Shown here: positions 50,501 through 63,160 of the stretch, one piece after another | Position numbering within the stretch: position 1 is the first letter of the stretch | How the letters are laid out: each line of letters starts with the position of its first letter | Assembly (NCBI GenBank): GCA_051294375.1 | Contig: CM119266.1 | Coordinates: forward strand, 27,080,718-27,144,717 | Direction: 5' to 3' | Origin: Paraspadella gotoi | Taxonomy: Eukaryota > Animalia > Chaetognatha | Length of the DNA: 64,000 nt | Notes under the pieces: model-generated | The model's database searches: none | The model's input: only the letters and a program-made list of their open reading frames with translations | What the model was told of the DNA's origin: nothing | Made by a program: the position numbers and the translations under genes

Positions 50501-53500
50501 TAATATTATACAATCATGGTAAAGTTAATTAGTCCATTTTGGTGAAATTTTTATTTGAAGTAAAAGTAAAAGAGGAGCTAACGATCTGAATTCTAAGAGT
50601 TTTCAACCGGAGAGTCAAGATATAGAGGAAAAATCTTTTTATGGCGAAAATCTTCCAAAGAAGGGGTAGATTTTCCGAAGATTTTGGTTAATATTTTCTA
50701 TATCTATGGTCGGATTTTTTTAAAACTTAACAAAAGCAATATTGCCATTATTCTACATTGGCCGGTATTAGAATATATTAAAAAAACCTCTGGCTTTTTT
50801 CGTCCTTGGATTATTAGTATTTGACAAAATTTCTATTTCTCTATCGTCCAAAAAATAAGGAATTTGAATCACAAAACAAGGCTTTTTGAAATATTCACTG
50901 TCTTTTACCTGAAAACCGAAAAAAAATCTTTCAAATAAGAAAAATAATGCAATAGTACAGAAGGCAATAGTTCTTTTTATTGTATCGAAAAACTAGGCTT
51001 TCCTCGCAAAACCTCTGGTTTATACTTATAGAACTTTTAGCACTTTTTTAAATAAAGTATTTATTAAAATATTAACAATATTAATATCCTCAGAAAGCCC
51101 TTAAAAATATGAAGAGATTGATATACTTACGAAAGCTCTAACATAAAAAGTAAGCTGCCCAGCCTTGGTTCAATTAAGAGTGTCAAAAGTGAATTATTTA
51201 AAATTTTAAATCTTTTTTCAAAATATATGACCTGTTTAAATTATTATAACATAAAATATTATTATTTATATAAATATCATGAAAGATCTTAAGAAAAAAA
51301 GATTTAAGATAGCTAATCACAATTTGATAAAAATCATAAATTTACTCTCCAGCTATTGACTTTTTAAAAGATGTCTCGTTTTTGAGTATCCTATCCTATC
51401 CTATCAAAGCTGGGCCTGTTAAATTTTATACGAATACGTAAGTACGTCATTCTCTTTAGATTTTAAAGGGATTTCAGAAAATAATAATATTAATATTATT
51501 TTATTTCAAATTTCTTCAGAAAACTTACTTAAGAGAAAAAAATTAAATCTAATAAAAGTGAGTTTAAAAATTAGAGACGATTTTCAAATCCATCTTCCTG
51601 CTATCATTGCTGAGCCTGAGGCATATCAAAGTCGATTCTGATAAAATTTGCATATATAAATAGTTTGGGTTTTTACTTTTAAATTCATATTTAACATTGA
51701 AAAAATCTTAATGGGTTTGAAAATGACAGCGTTTTTCTACCGGCGCTTGTAAAATTGTCACCATGTAAACATTTACAATTATTTAACTTGATGTATTTTA
51801 TTTTTTAAATTTCATATGTAATTAGGGAATAATACGTTTTGGCGTAGTTTTTACGCCACCAGCGCCAACAAACACGTAAAAAAAAGAAATCAAAGCTGAA
51901 TCCTTTACTACAATGTATTCTTAATTATAAAAAAGCGTTTTCAAAAATTTTGGTTGAATATCCTTGACTAAGGAGGCAGAAACGTTACTCCAAATTGACG
52001 TCAATCAATTTGCGTAATTCAAATATTTAAAAATCAAACTTACAAATTAAGTTAGGTTTAAAGAAGGTTTAAAACAATCAAATGAAGAAAAAAAGTATTT
52101 TTAAAATTTTTGTGCAATACCCTAATTTTGGTTAATATTGTTAATTTATTAGGGTAACTAAATAACAAAATAGAAAACATTACAAAACAAGATACATATC
52201 ATTTTTTTCGGCCTAAACAACATACTTTGTATTTGATTTTTCTCTTTTGTTGTTTATTATAAGTTTAAGGAATTAACGAAAATTTCTTTTTTTTACAAAA
52301 ATATAATGTGAGAGTTAGTAGGACATGTTTCGACTCTTGTTATTCTTAAAATTTATCCTTTGCATCTCCAAGACAACAACAGAAACAATTATATTTTTGT
52401 TCCTTAGATGATTTGGGACGAGACGACGCACATCGGATGCGCTAAGAAGAGCTGTGCCCTTGATACACAATATCCAGGAAAAGATCTTTTTTTCTGCTTT
52501 TACTTCCCGCCAGGAAATCGCGCTGGTGAGAGGAAAGGCAGCTCAACTCAACTCTCTAATATTCTGACAGAGAGGGTGGGCGGGGGACGACGTTGGTGCC
52601 TGGGCTGCAACTGGGTCTCTAATTAAATACCTATATACGGACTAGTGACTATACCAGTATACTTACATAAATTCTAGTGTGGTCAAGAGATCGTCTGAAA
52701 ATTCAATCGCCTTAAGAAAAGATTTAAAAATTTAAAAAAATTATACTGGACATCCAGAGATATAGCTTGATAACTGGATTGCCCCAAATAATAATCTTAA
52801 GGTTATTGAAACATATGATGAAAGACAAGTGTATAATTCTGAAGCTTTTAGATAAAAGTCGACTTTGAAGAAACAGTAATTATTGTTATGTGTTAGTGAC
52901 AGAACCGTTCAATATAAGCAGTCCCTGAGCTGCGGATCAGGCTGTAACACCGTGTTACAGGCGGGTTAAGCGCCCCATCCCAATAAACTGCTAGGCGGCC
53001 ACCGCGCTAGAACCCCGGACCTTTGGGTTGGGAGGCGAATGACTTGCATCCGGTACCAATGGCCGCTGATGAACGGTTGGTGGATTTTAGTCTACCATAC
53101 ACCCCCCCCACTCCTGTAGGAAGAAGTCTGTTGCGTCTCTTCAGTGAATTGTTGTTGTTGGTGGAAAGTTCATCACCAAGTTGAGGCATGTCGCCTGATG
53201 TGTTGTTGGCAGAAATTGCTTACGGCCGTCCTCACGCTTCTCACAGGGTAGGTACCGGGTTGGATTGAACCCGGTACCTAGTGGTCATGAGCTGATGGCT
53301 TTACTCAATGAGCCACCGGGTCAGGACTGAAGGTGTCATGCTTATAGGCGGGGTGAACCTAGGCAATGCCCGACTACATGCCCCCCAGATTGTAACCCAC
53401 CCTGCACTGCTTTCAGTGGAGGGAGGGGAGCAATCTTCAGCACATCCATGGGCCTGAATCAGAAGGTTGGAATACGCTCGACAGGATGGGCTCACCAGTG

Positions 53501-54565
53501 TGGATAAGGCGCTAAGTGGGCTGAAGATGACTATCCGTAACTTCTATAACCCCCTTTAGTAGCCATGGAACGGGTCCTGGGCTTGGAACCAGGCTTGAGG
53601 GTTGCCACGCCCCAAAGGCGGCTTACGGCCGTCCTCACGCTTCCCACAGGGTAGGTACCAGGTTGGGATTGAACCCGGTACCTAGTGGTCAGGAGCTGAT
53701 GGCTTTACTCAATGAGCCACCGGGTCAGGACTGAAGGTGTCATGCTTATAGGCGAGGTGAACCTAGGCAATGCCCGACTACATGTGTTAATGACAGAACC
53801 GTTCAATATAAGCAGTCCCTGAGCTTCGGATCAGGCTGTAACACCGTGTTACAGGCGGGTTAAGCGCCCAATCCCACTTAACTGCTAGGCGGCCACCGGG
53901 CTAAAACTCCGGACCTTTGGGTTGGGAGGCAAATGACCTGCCTCCGGCACCAATTGCCGCTGATGAACGGTTGGTGGATTTTAGTCCACCATAATTTCCT
54001 TGTTTGATTTTGGAACACTCAAGTTTAAAAAATTATATCTCCTTAACCTTTGGACCGATTGTAATAAAATTTATACACATAGATTTTTTTTTTAAATTAT
54101 TTTTCTTAAATAATTTAACAAAAATATTTTTATCAAGTGTCTGGAATTTAAAGTTATAACGCGTTTTTTTTGCACAGGAGTGTATAAAGAGCTAACACTT
54201 ACACTTTTGCAGGCGTCCGGCCCTTCAGCGTTTCGCCAGAAATTCACCAAGCATTTTGCAGCGGGAAAAGCAACAATGTTAAATGCGACAACACGCTCGG
54301 CGATCCTGCCTACAATGAAATTCTCGATGGCCCCTTCCTCAGAAAAGATGAAGCCAAAGAGAAGCCCTCTTTACCGACATCCGTCTCGTCAGAACTTCTC
54401 GATGGCCCCTTCGTCGGACAAGATGAAGCCAAAGAGAAAGAGAAGCCCTCTTTACCGACATCCGTCTCGTCAGAACTGACACGGGTGCAAAATTGGGTTA
54501 AAATTCGATTTGATTACGCGTTTTATGGATCTACGGTTAAGTTTTTACTCAATTTTATCTCGTAA
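47526..54565 (+). CDS. Secreted double-domain CAP/SCP (CRISP/antigen 5/PR-1) protein, 9 exons
   Basis: Exons 47526-47672, 47725-47774, 47894-47946, 48045-48193, 48643-48754, 48983-49197, 49517-49768, 52408-52525, 54213-54565, all GT..AG and phase-compatible. Signal peptide MAFGGFFTLLIVVVGAVHG; HNEFR, LTWN, GENL, CGHYLQLVWFDSTSVGCA, VVCFYHPGGN; second domain LTWS...MIWDETTHIGCA...FFCFYFPPGN. The 3' end may instead splice at 54535 to an exon near 54730. Confidence 0.9.
50115..50335 (-). mobile_element. Solo LTR, TRIM family 1, in CAP intron 7
   Basis: TGAAGAGAC...CCACCACA, homologous to 36868-37101; 4-bp TSD CCAT (50111-50114, 50336-50339). Confidence 0.88.
52866..53993 (-). mobile_element. 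TRIM family 1 copy disrupted by nested family 2 TRIM and a deletion, in CAP intron 8
   Basis: LTR 52866-53099, PPT and core homologous to 37102-37210, second LTR remnant 53783-53993; flanks ACTT/ATTT (1 mismatch). Confidence 0.8.
53218..53782 (-). mobile_element. TRIM family 2 (tRNA-containing LTRs), nested
   Basis: Full 284-bp LTR TGTGG...CTACA 53499-53782; partial LTR 53218-53378; 120-bp core with PBS TGGTGAGCCCATC (53485-53497) and PPT gggggg (53380-53386); A-box tggctcattgag and B-box ggttcaatcc on minus strand. Confidence 0.82.
54321..54476 (+). repeat. Coding tandem duplication (75 + 81 nt) in CAP C-terminal tail
   Basis: LDGPFLRKDEAKEKPSLPTSVSSE / LDGPFVGQDEAKEKEKPSLPTSVSSE. Confidence 0.85.
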
Positions 54566-55435
54566 AACTAGCACATATACTAAATTCAATGAACCTAACT
54601 GATTATTTACTTTTTACGTTTTACTTCATTTATTTTTGTAAATTTTGTTTTTATTTTTCAGCCTTGTAAGCTCACGATCGCCTTTTGTTTCTTTTTTGCT
54701 TTCGTCCTTTTCGCGGGAAACTTTTGAAGACAGTTTCCGATTGCGAATCGGATTCGGATGACGAAGATGATGCCGTCAAGACGCCACCCAAGAAATTACG
54801 TAGAGAGGATGTTGCCATTAAGAATGACTCATTCGCTTTTCTAATGTTTTTTATATTTTTTTTTATCTTATTAAAAATTCACACAAAAAAACAACAAAAT
54901 AAATTAGTTGAATACGAATAGTTTACGTGATAGATAACTGCCGTTACTGAAGAAAAAATTGCGTAACTAATCATTAATCAGTAATCAGTAATCATTAATC
55001 AGTAATCAAGGATAACGAAATTAATGAATTTAGATTTAATAACAGAAATTCTACATATTATGCCTTTCAGAATAAAAAGTGAATATTTTTCAGAAAAGGA
55101 AACAAAAAGAGCGAACAGGGCAAAATTATTAAAAAACAGTAAAAATGAAAGGAGAAAGAGAAGATAAAGAATAAAGAAAAGATAAAAGAAAAAAAAGAAG
55201 AGATGAGAGAAAAAGTAGGAAGTAGACAGTAAAATATTAAGAAAAGGAGGGGAGAATGAGAGAAGAAAGAGCGAAAAAAGAGAGGTGAAGGTCAAAATGA
55301 AGGAAAGGAAGTGGAAGGAGGTTAAAACGTAGCATGAGAAAGTTTAGCGAGAAGGAGAGAAGGAAAGAGAGAGACTTAGTGATGGGCAAAATTCGGATAA
55401 CAAAATTTTAAACTGTTTCTATATATAATATTATA

Positions 55436-55699
55436 TGAAATTGGTTCAACCAATATATATTATATATTATATTCCTCGATCTAATACTTAATGGAGTGGT
55501 CCTTCATTGAAAGGGAAGCCAGGTACTTTGGGAGTGATTAAACGAGACTGTGAGAGAGTCTTGATCGAAAGCTTGCAAGGTCCTGCGTTGTCATTATCTT
55601 GTAAGTGTCATGGAGGCCTTAAACAACCATACCCTGTCCAAAGTCAGGGACAAGATATCTTGTTTATTGATTGAATTTAATATTGTGTTACCAATTTCA
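55436..55699. mobile_element. 264-bp element with 10-bp terminal inverted repeats (solo LTR or MITE; family 3)
   Basis: TGAAATTGGT...ACCAATTTCA flanked by TATA on both sides; second diverged copy at ~5909-6386. Confidence 0.65.
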
Positions 55700-57639
55700 T
55701 ATATTTATTTATTTATCTGATCTTGTACGACTCAAGTTCCCCAAAGTTCAACGACTTTCTTTAACAACTCTTCTCGCCACTCGATCGCTTTTTACCGCTT
55801 TAGATTTTTCCACTGGATTAATTTTAGATTCAGGAAGAGAGTCGAGGCTGAAGCGCATCGTGGGAGCGGAGCGCTGGAGCGAAGTGTGGGAATTTTGCAT
55901 TGTACGTTTTTAAGAAGTCAAGAGCATAATAGCTTATTTATGGAACTTATGTAAGGGAAGATGGAGATCTATTGTTCAACATCAGTTTGACTATGAGGAA
56001 AAAAAAAACAAGATAAAAGATAAAGAAAATAAATAAGAAATTCTGACAAGATTCATCGTATTATATTTTGTTTTTCTTCCCTCTTCTCTTATTTGTTTTA
56101 GGGATTTCCTGGTTGTTTTTTCTTTATTCGGCGTCTGATATTTTTTACATTCTTGCACATAAGTTCTACATATTTTTTCACATTGTTATCTGGCTTCGCT
56201 TTCGTCGCCATCTTTACTTTACTTCATCTTTCTATCTTCACGTCTCATCTCTTTCTAATTTTTTTTTCATCCCATCTTCGTTTTCTACATCTCCGATTTT
56301 TCTCTTGTCTTCCGCGAGATTCTTTCTTTCAAGTTTCATCTCGTCTTTTTTATTTTCCTCCCATCCCTTTTATCTCTTCCGTTTATTCAGCTTTTTCCCC
56401 ATTTTCTTTTTCTTGACAGGTAGGAAAGTTCCGAATTCCCCTCGACGGCTGTGTGACTGTTTTTCAATTCCAACCCTCAAACTCTTTCTCCAATTTGAAA
56501 TAATTATAATCTCCTCGTGATTTTAAAACGTTTCTGACTTGACTTTTTCACCACAACTTACCCGCATTTCAAAATATCTACCTAAATAGTAATTTTTTTT
56601 ATATAAAAAGGATGAGACAAGTTCCCACAAAATTTCCATAACTCCTTCCCCCACTTATTTCCCTCTTCTTTCCCCCCCCCCGAGCCCCTCAACCCCCCAA
56701 CAAAGCACATAATCTGTCGAGTGAATCAAACGCATCCCTTTTGTTTTTTTCTCCGTCTCTTTCGACTCTCAGTGGATTTAAAGAGAATTCGCCGACTCAG
56801 AAATACATGCGTCTCTTTTTTTTATTTCCTTCTTTTTTTTTTCTCTTTCTGCTTTTCCAACTGTTTTTTTTTTCCAATTCTTATCCACCAAAGCCTTGTA
56901 TTTGTTTATCGCAGATTCTAGACTTATGTACTTGCTCATGGTCAACCTTGGATCAAGATTGTCTTAATATTAACGTTTCAATCATACTCATTTATATAAT
57001 ATTTATTATTTTTACAAATACATTTTTTACTGTTTCCACTTGGGTATAATTGTTTGTTTGTTTGTTAGTTTTTAGTTGAAAAAAGTATGTTTTTTATATT
57101 ACTGGCTTTTTACCAAAAAAAAATACAGAAAGAATATCAGATTGAAGAATAGTAATGTAAGCAATTGTTATGAATAAATACAAACAAAGAGTGCAAATTA
57201 AAGAACAAAGATATGGTAAACAGGCAAATGAGAAAGGAAGGCGCCAGGGTGGACCGTCAATCTTCGACGATGAATAACGTAGAAAGACTGACAGAAAGAC
57301 AGACGAACGGACCGACAGTGTCTTCAGAATATGTCGTATTAGCTTATTCGCAAAATAAGTATATTCGTAGTATTGAAATTCATTTTTACAGTATTGTTCG
57401 TTTAATCGTTCTTTAGTCACTACGTCGGAAATCTTTTACTAAAAGGAGATAATTTGGCAACGATGACTGAGAGGCAACCGAAGTAAAAAGGACAACTCGA
57501 TTGTCTTCTGTTTTCGCGTTTCGGAAAAATGAGTCACCATCTCGAGGGATTCGGGGGAAACATCACACTTCAAAACAAAGACAAAAGAACAACGGGGGCG
57601 GGGATTGGCGTAAAGGCCATCAGAAGACCGAGTGGGGAT

Positions 57640-57707
<68 letters not shown>

Positions 57708-57949
57708 GAGAGAGAGAGTTTTATTTTTTCCAAAGGGCTTTCGCGGTGAGAGTTGGCGTTGGCGTTTCGATCGCCCGCTTAGCTTCGAATCTATCACCGA
57801 CAGCAGCTCTAACTCCCCGTCGGCATGGCTACAGAAGAACGCCATTTCTTTTGCATCCAACATTTATGGGTCAACACGTCATGGAGTTTGAGGCAGACAT
57901 TTTGTACTTGCCGATTATTAGTAGGAATTGCCTGAACCTGGTAGGAGTA

Positions 57950-58882
57950 CCATGATGGAAAAAAAAAGTGTCGCGGTTACTTTCCAGTTATTTTTCAGCA
58001 TTTTAATGTAAGAATCGAAATATAAAATTTAGATATAAAAAACTTTGGCCTTTTGTGATTCATAAAAGCTGTGTCTCATTTATGTATGATAAAAAATACA
58101 GAAGTTCCATATAAAAGAAAATGCGTTGTCCAAAAAAATGCTTCTTTTATTTTTATCTTTTTTATATCTATACTTTTTATTTATACTTATATCCGGTTCT
58201 TTTTTATTACTTTTTGAGTTTAACCAATACAATTAAAAATCCCTGCCTTTTCTCAATCTCATGTCAAACGGTTATTGCATTATCTCCATTAGGATAGATT
58301 CAGGAATGAATCTTAATTCATATGTTAAAAAAATAGTAATATTAAAAATACATTGATGCTATAGATATTACAGAATTTTTTTTTAAATTGTAAAGTATAA
58401 ATAAAAGTTATAAGGTTCCGGGTAACCTTTCTGTAAGCAAAGTTATCATTTTTATTTATCTTTGAATGTATTATCAGAATCAAGTATCAAACAAGTCCAA
58501 AAATAAAAAAATAAAAATTTTGTTAAAGTGAAAGATAATGAACTATGCAGCAACAACTGAAGCCAAGTTTTCTTTATAGAGGATCAATCTTTTTTACTGC
58601 TTGCTAAGAACCATTTTTTGCCCTAAATCTGATAAAAAATATCATATCAGAAATATAATTTTAATAATAATATGAGTAGTTCTTTTAATCAAAAAGAAGT
58701 GAAAACAGTTATAGACAACCTCTTTTGGAAGTATTTGAATGCATTGAATAATTTAATACTGTTGAAAAATAATTATTTTATTCAGTCTTAAGGAGGTCAT
58801 ATTAATTATTAAAACTTATTTATTAGGCCAAAAATATATTTGACAATAAAATTAACTGGCGACACTTTTTTTTCCATCATGG
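57950..58882. mobile_element. Non-autonomous Tc1/mariner-type DNA transposon (933 bp)
   Basis: ~25-bp TIRs CCATGATGGA(8-9)GTGTCGC at both ends, TA on both flanks (57948-57949, 58883-58884), AT-rich non-coding interior. Confidence 0.85.
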
Positions 58883-58901
58883 TAGGGATGAGTAGGTAGA
58901 T

Positions 58902-58949
<48 letters not shown>

Positions 58950-59209
58950 AATAAACAAAAAGCGTCCGTAAAACAAAAGGGAAGCGGAACCCAGGGGAAA
59001 ATGCGACGGCGTTCGGGCGGTGAATCTCGGAATTAAATTAAGACTTTGCTTTCACTTTTAATGTTTTCATCAAACGAAACCGAATAAAACAAGTTTATTA
59101 TTAAAAACCCGAATCGTTAACATCTCGTCGCTTAACGAAAAACGGTCTGTTTACACCGGCGCCTTTCTTAATTCCATCATATCCAGTTGCCAGTTGATTT
59201 ACACCAACG

Positions 59210-59285
<76 letters not shown>

Positions 59286-60692
59286 ACCCTCTGCTTGTTT
59301 CACCTACGAGATAATTTGATTATCTCTTCGTGTTGCGGCGCAGATGAGGTCGATGCGACGCTTATGCCGCCGCCGCGCCGCCGTCGCCTCCACCGCCACC
59401 ACTTTTTTCACACTTACCTTCCCTCGTTCGACGCTCCATTTTTTTTATCCCTTTCATCGGTTTTTTCCCATGGAGGAGGTTTGTAGTAGCCCACCGGTAT
59501 CTTTAAATAATTGATATAGAATGTAAAACGAAAAGTTATTTTATCAAAAAATTTGGTCTATGACTTAATTTCGAGAATCGAGTTAAAAACTGGCGCCACT
59601 AAAATCACTCACTCTTCGCTCTACCTCTTTTCCTCCCTTCAAATCTTCATTCCACAAATCTTTTCGCTTTTCGATTTTCGCAACTACTATTCATTCAATC
59701 CTTATATATTCCTCCTTTTTTCTTTTTGAAATGCATAGCGTGTAAACTGTACAGGTGTACAACTGTACATAGTACACTGTGCACCTTTTTTCGATCTTGA
59801 GCGCACTTTTCTCCCTTTCCTTCTCAATGTCCTCACACTTCCCCTTTTTTTTCAAGTTTTATCGCACACCTCTCCAGTCTCCACTTCTGTCGATCTCGAC
59901 CGAAGACTTCTATACCCCTCAACCGGTCGACCCTTAGACCCCGCTCAGCCGGACAGACGCCCGACTGATTCGCCGACCGGGCAGAGATTCACTTGGCGGG
60001 ATTCCGATTCCCGGTTTTCCATTTCAAATCCCAGCGGGCGACTCCCTCTCTGTTTTTGTCTCTCACTCTCTCTCACACGCTATCTGTTTTCGTCGTCGTC
60101 TTCGTCGTCGTCGTCGTCGTCGTCGAGGATGACCAATTTTTAGGGATGATCCTCTAATTCTATTTATGACGTTGATGTCGTCGTCGTTGTCGTCGTCATC
60201 GACGCCGTTGCGCTCTTTTGCTCTTGAAGCTGAAAAAAAAATGGGCGAGAAATCGTTTTCAGTGTAGAGAGAGAGAGATGGAGATAGAGAAGAGAGAGAG
60301 AGAGAGAGAGAGAAACTGACCTCAAGCTCTAAGTTGTTTTTCGGTTTGAATAGTTTCCTTCCTTTCTTTCTTTTTTTTCTTTTTTGCTTGCTCGCTTGTT
60401 TACTTTCTTCGTTTCTTTATTACTTTCTTACTTTCTCTACTTATTATTATTTTTCTTCTTTTTTTTAAATTTTTATAAACTTTTTGTTGTGATTTATTCG
60501 AAAATTTCGGTTTTCATTTAATCTTTTTATCGCGATATTTTTGTCTCTCTCTCATTTGCGAAGCGACTGATTTTCGAACGACAAAACTGAGCAAACAGAA
60601 ACGATAAAAAAAATTATAGAAAAAAAAGGAAAAGTTTTTATCGAGCCTACGTCGTCGTCGTCGTTGTTGTCGTCGTCACGCTGTTTTTATAT

Positions 60693-62034
60693 AACAAGTT
60701 TGAGCAAACAATGTCGGATCTGGCCTACCTCTCCGAAATTTAATTTAATTAATTAATTAATAAATAGATTTTAATTAAATAGTAAGTTAATTATATTTTA
60801 ATAATTAATATTGATTTATATTCAGCTGTTTCACATCATGTCATCATGATTCTTAAAATTGAGTCAGGACAGTTATTAAATGTTTTGTTTACATTTTATC
60901 AAAACAAAAAATATCCTCTATTTTTTTATTGTCTCCTCTCTCTCTCTGCTCACTCTTTTCTCTCTCTCTCACTCTCCTCTTTCTCTCTTCTCTTCTCTCT
61001 CTCTCTCTTCTCTCTCTCTCCTCTCTCTCTCTCTTCTTTTTATGCAATTGCGACGATCCTTATGCTTTTAAGATTTTTTTTACTTGCATGTTTTTTCAAC
61101 TTGCATAATTTTTTCAACTTGCATCTCCGTCAAAACTTTATATCTAGCTTCTTCACTCCTTTCCTACCGGCTCACAAAATATTCTCAATCTATCATGGGT
61201 GTTAAAATAAATAAAAAGATTTCAAGTAAAGTGTGACTCATATTTTTTTCATTTAAACTATTTCCACTCCACCGATTCCATCGAAACTTTAAAATTATAT
61301 CCAGCTTTATCACACACTTTCCTACCCACACACAAAATTTAATCCAATCCAACCAGCCAATCACGAGTTATTGGAGCTTTTTGCTAAGGTGGGACGGATG
61401 GACGGATGATTGACTAATTAATTAAATTATTGATTAATTTATTTTACTATTGATTATTAACTGATTAATTATTTGATTATTTAATACATCCTGAATATTT
61501 ATTAATATAAAAGGAAAAAAAAGCATAATCAATTAGGTAAAACAGGTTTTTTGTTTTTTTCCATTTAAACTCATTTCCACTCAAACTATTCCATCAAAAC
61601 TTGATTTCCTGTTCAATCACACACTTTCCTACCCACATACAAAATTCCAGGTCAATCGGCCCATCCACTCATGAGCAATTGGTGTTCAAATAGTGAATAT
61701 ATTTTTTTTGTTTTTCCATTTAAACTCTCATTTCCACTCAGACGATTCCATCGAAACTTCATATCCAGCTCAATCACACACTTACCTATCCCACACAACA
61801 AAAATTCATTCAATCCATCCATCCAATCACGAGTAATTGGTTTATTTTTCTAAGGTGGAACGGACGACGGACGGACGGACGGATGAACGGACATAATTTT
61901 TTTGCATTAATTTATCATAATTCGATGTTCTGACATGATATAAGTTAGTGCCCGACAATATTGAGGGGCGGACCGATGGACGACAAAGTGAATTATAGAA
62001 TCGGGATCTGCTGATAAGCCGATCCGACTAAAAA
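60693..62034 (-). mobile_element. DINE-1/HINE-like non-autonomous Helentron
   Basis: Subterminal inverted repeats gtcggatctggc (60713-60724) / gccgatccgac (62018-62028), adjacent partial IR (62001-62011), (GGAC)n tract ~61860-61892, terminal palindrome gtttg-ag-caaac, internal tandem repeats 61140-61860. Confidence 0.7.
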
Positions 62035-62949
62035 CTACTACGCTTTTATAGGTTAGGCTGGACTTACCGTTTTTTTTTAAATAAAAATTATTATGAATTA
62101 TGATGAAGTTTTACAAAAGTGTGCGATCATAGTAAGTTAAAAATTTAGGTATAGCTTCTAATCTTGAAATAGCTTTGATATTTTTTTTTTGAATTTCTAC
62201 TTCATTATGATTTACTGCAATATGCAAATGAGATTATAGTACTCATTATAATATCCAAATTAGTATATAGAAATTATTTAATCTAATTTAGATATTGCAG
62301 TATATAATATTGAAGATGAAATCAAAAATTTTTTTTAATCTATAATAAAAATGGGAAATCAAAGAACCTTTTTAATGAGAAGCTATATCTTAATTTTAAT
62401 ACAAATAAAAACAAAATCTTTTACAAGCTATGATTGGAAAAAATTGTAACAATTTCCAATTGTAAACAATTGTAACATTTTTTTTCCTTTCTTTTATTTC
62501 TTTAAATTATATATATATTTTTCTTCCTATTTTTGTCAGTTGCTGCCTCTTCTGAACCCTTTAAAAACGAGTTCAGGCTCTGCAGTGATTGTACAACTGC
62601 CTTCCAGCAGCTGTCCAGATTTCTCTCTTTCTCTCTCTGTCTGTCTCTTTCTTTCTCTTTCTGTCTCTCTCTGTCTCTCTCTCTCTGTCTCTGTCTCTCT
62701 CCCTCTCTGTGTACGATCTCTTGCGTGATCGTTTTTTGAAAAATTTTGATTATTTTTTTCCTTTTAAAAACTTTTTTATTATCGCCATTTATTCTGCGCT
62801 TTTTTCTCAATGCAAAATCCCAAATTTACATCCGAGATTTTCGTGGATTTATTCTCTTTCTTTCTCTCTCTCTCTTTCTCTCTCTCTCTCCCTCTCTCTC
62901 TTTCTCTCTCTCTTTCACTCATACACGCATTTGTTTGTTTTATTTATGA

Positions 62950-63160
62950 TGAATGATTCATTGCGTCAATGAATGACTATCATCGCATCAATGAATGACT
63001 ATCATCGTATCAATGAATGATTATCATCACATCAATGAATGACTATCATCGCATCAATCATTTAGTTATTATCACATCAATCATTTGGTTATCATCACAT
63101 CGATCATTTGGTTATCATCGCATCAATTATTGGTTATCATCGCATCAATATTTGGTTATT
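62950..63160. repeat. 21-bp minisatellite
   Basis: atcaatgaatgactatcatcgc units grading into atcaatcatttggttatcatc variants. Confidence 0.85.

Noticed and set aside
55545-55585. Penelope-type minimal hammerhead (ctgtgaga...gatcgaaagc...gtc)
   Set aside because: Core deviates from CUGANGA and stems are weak; the second copy at ~5970 does not preserve it.
62950-63160. CRISPR-like array
   Set aside because: Contiguous 21-bp units without unique spacers, eukaryotic context, no cas genes.
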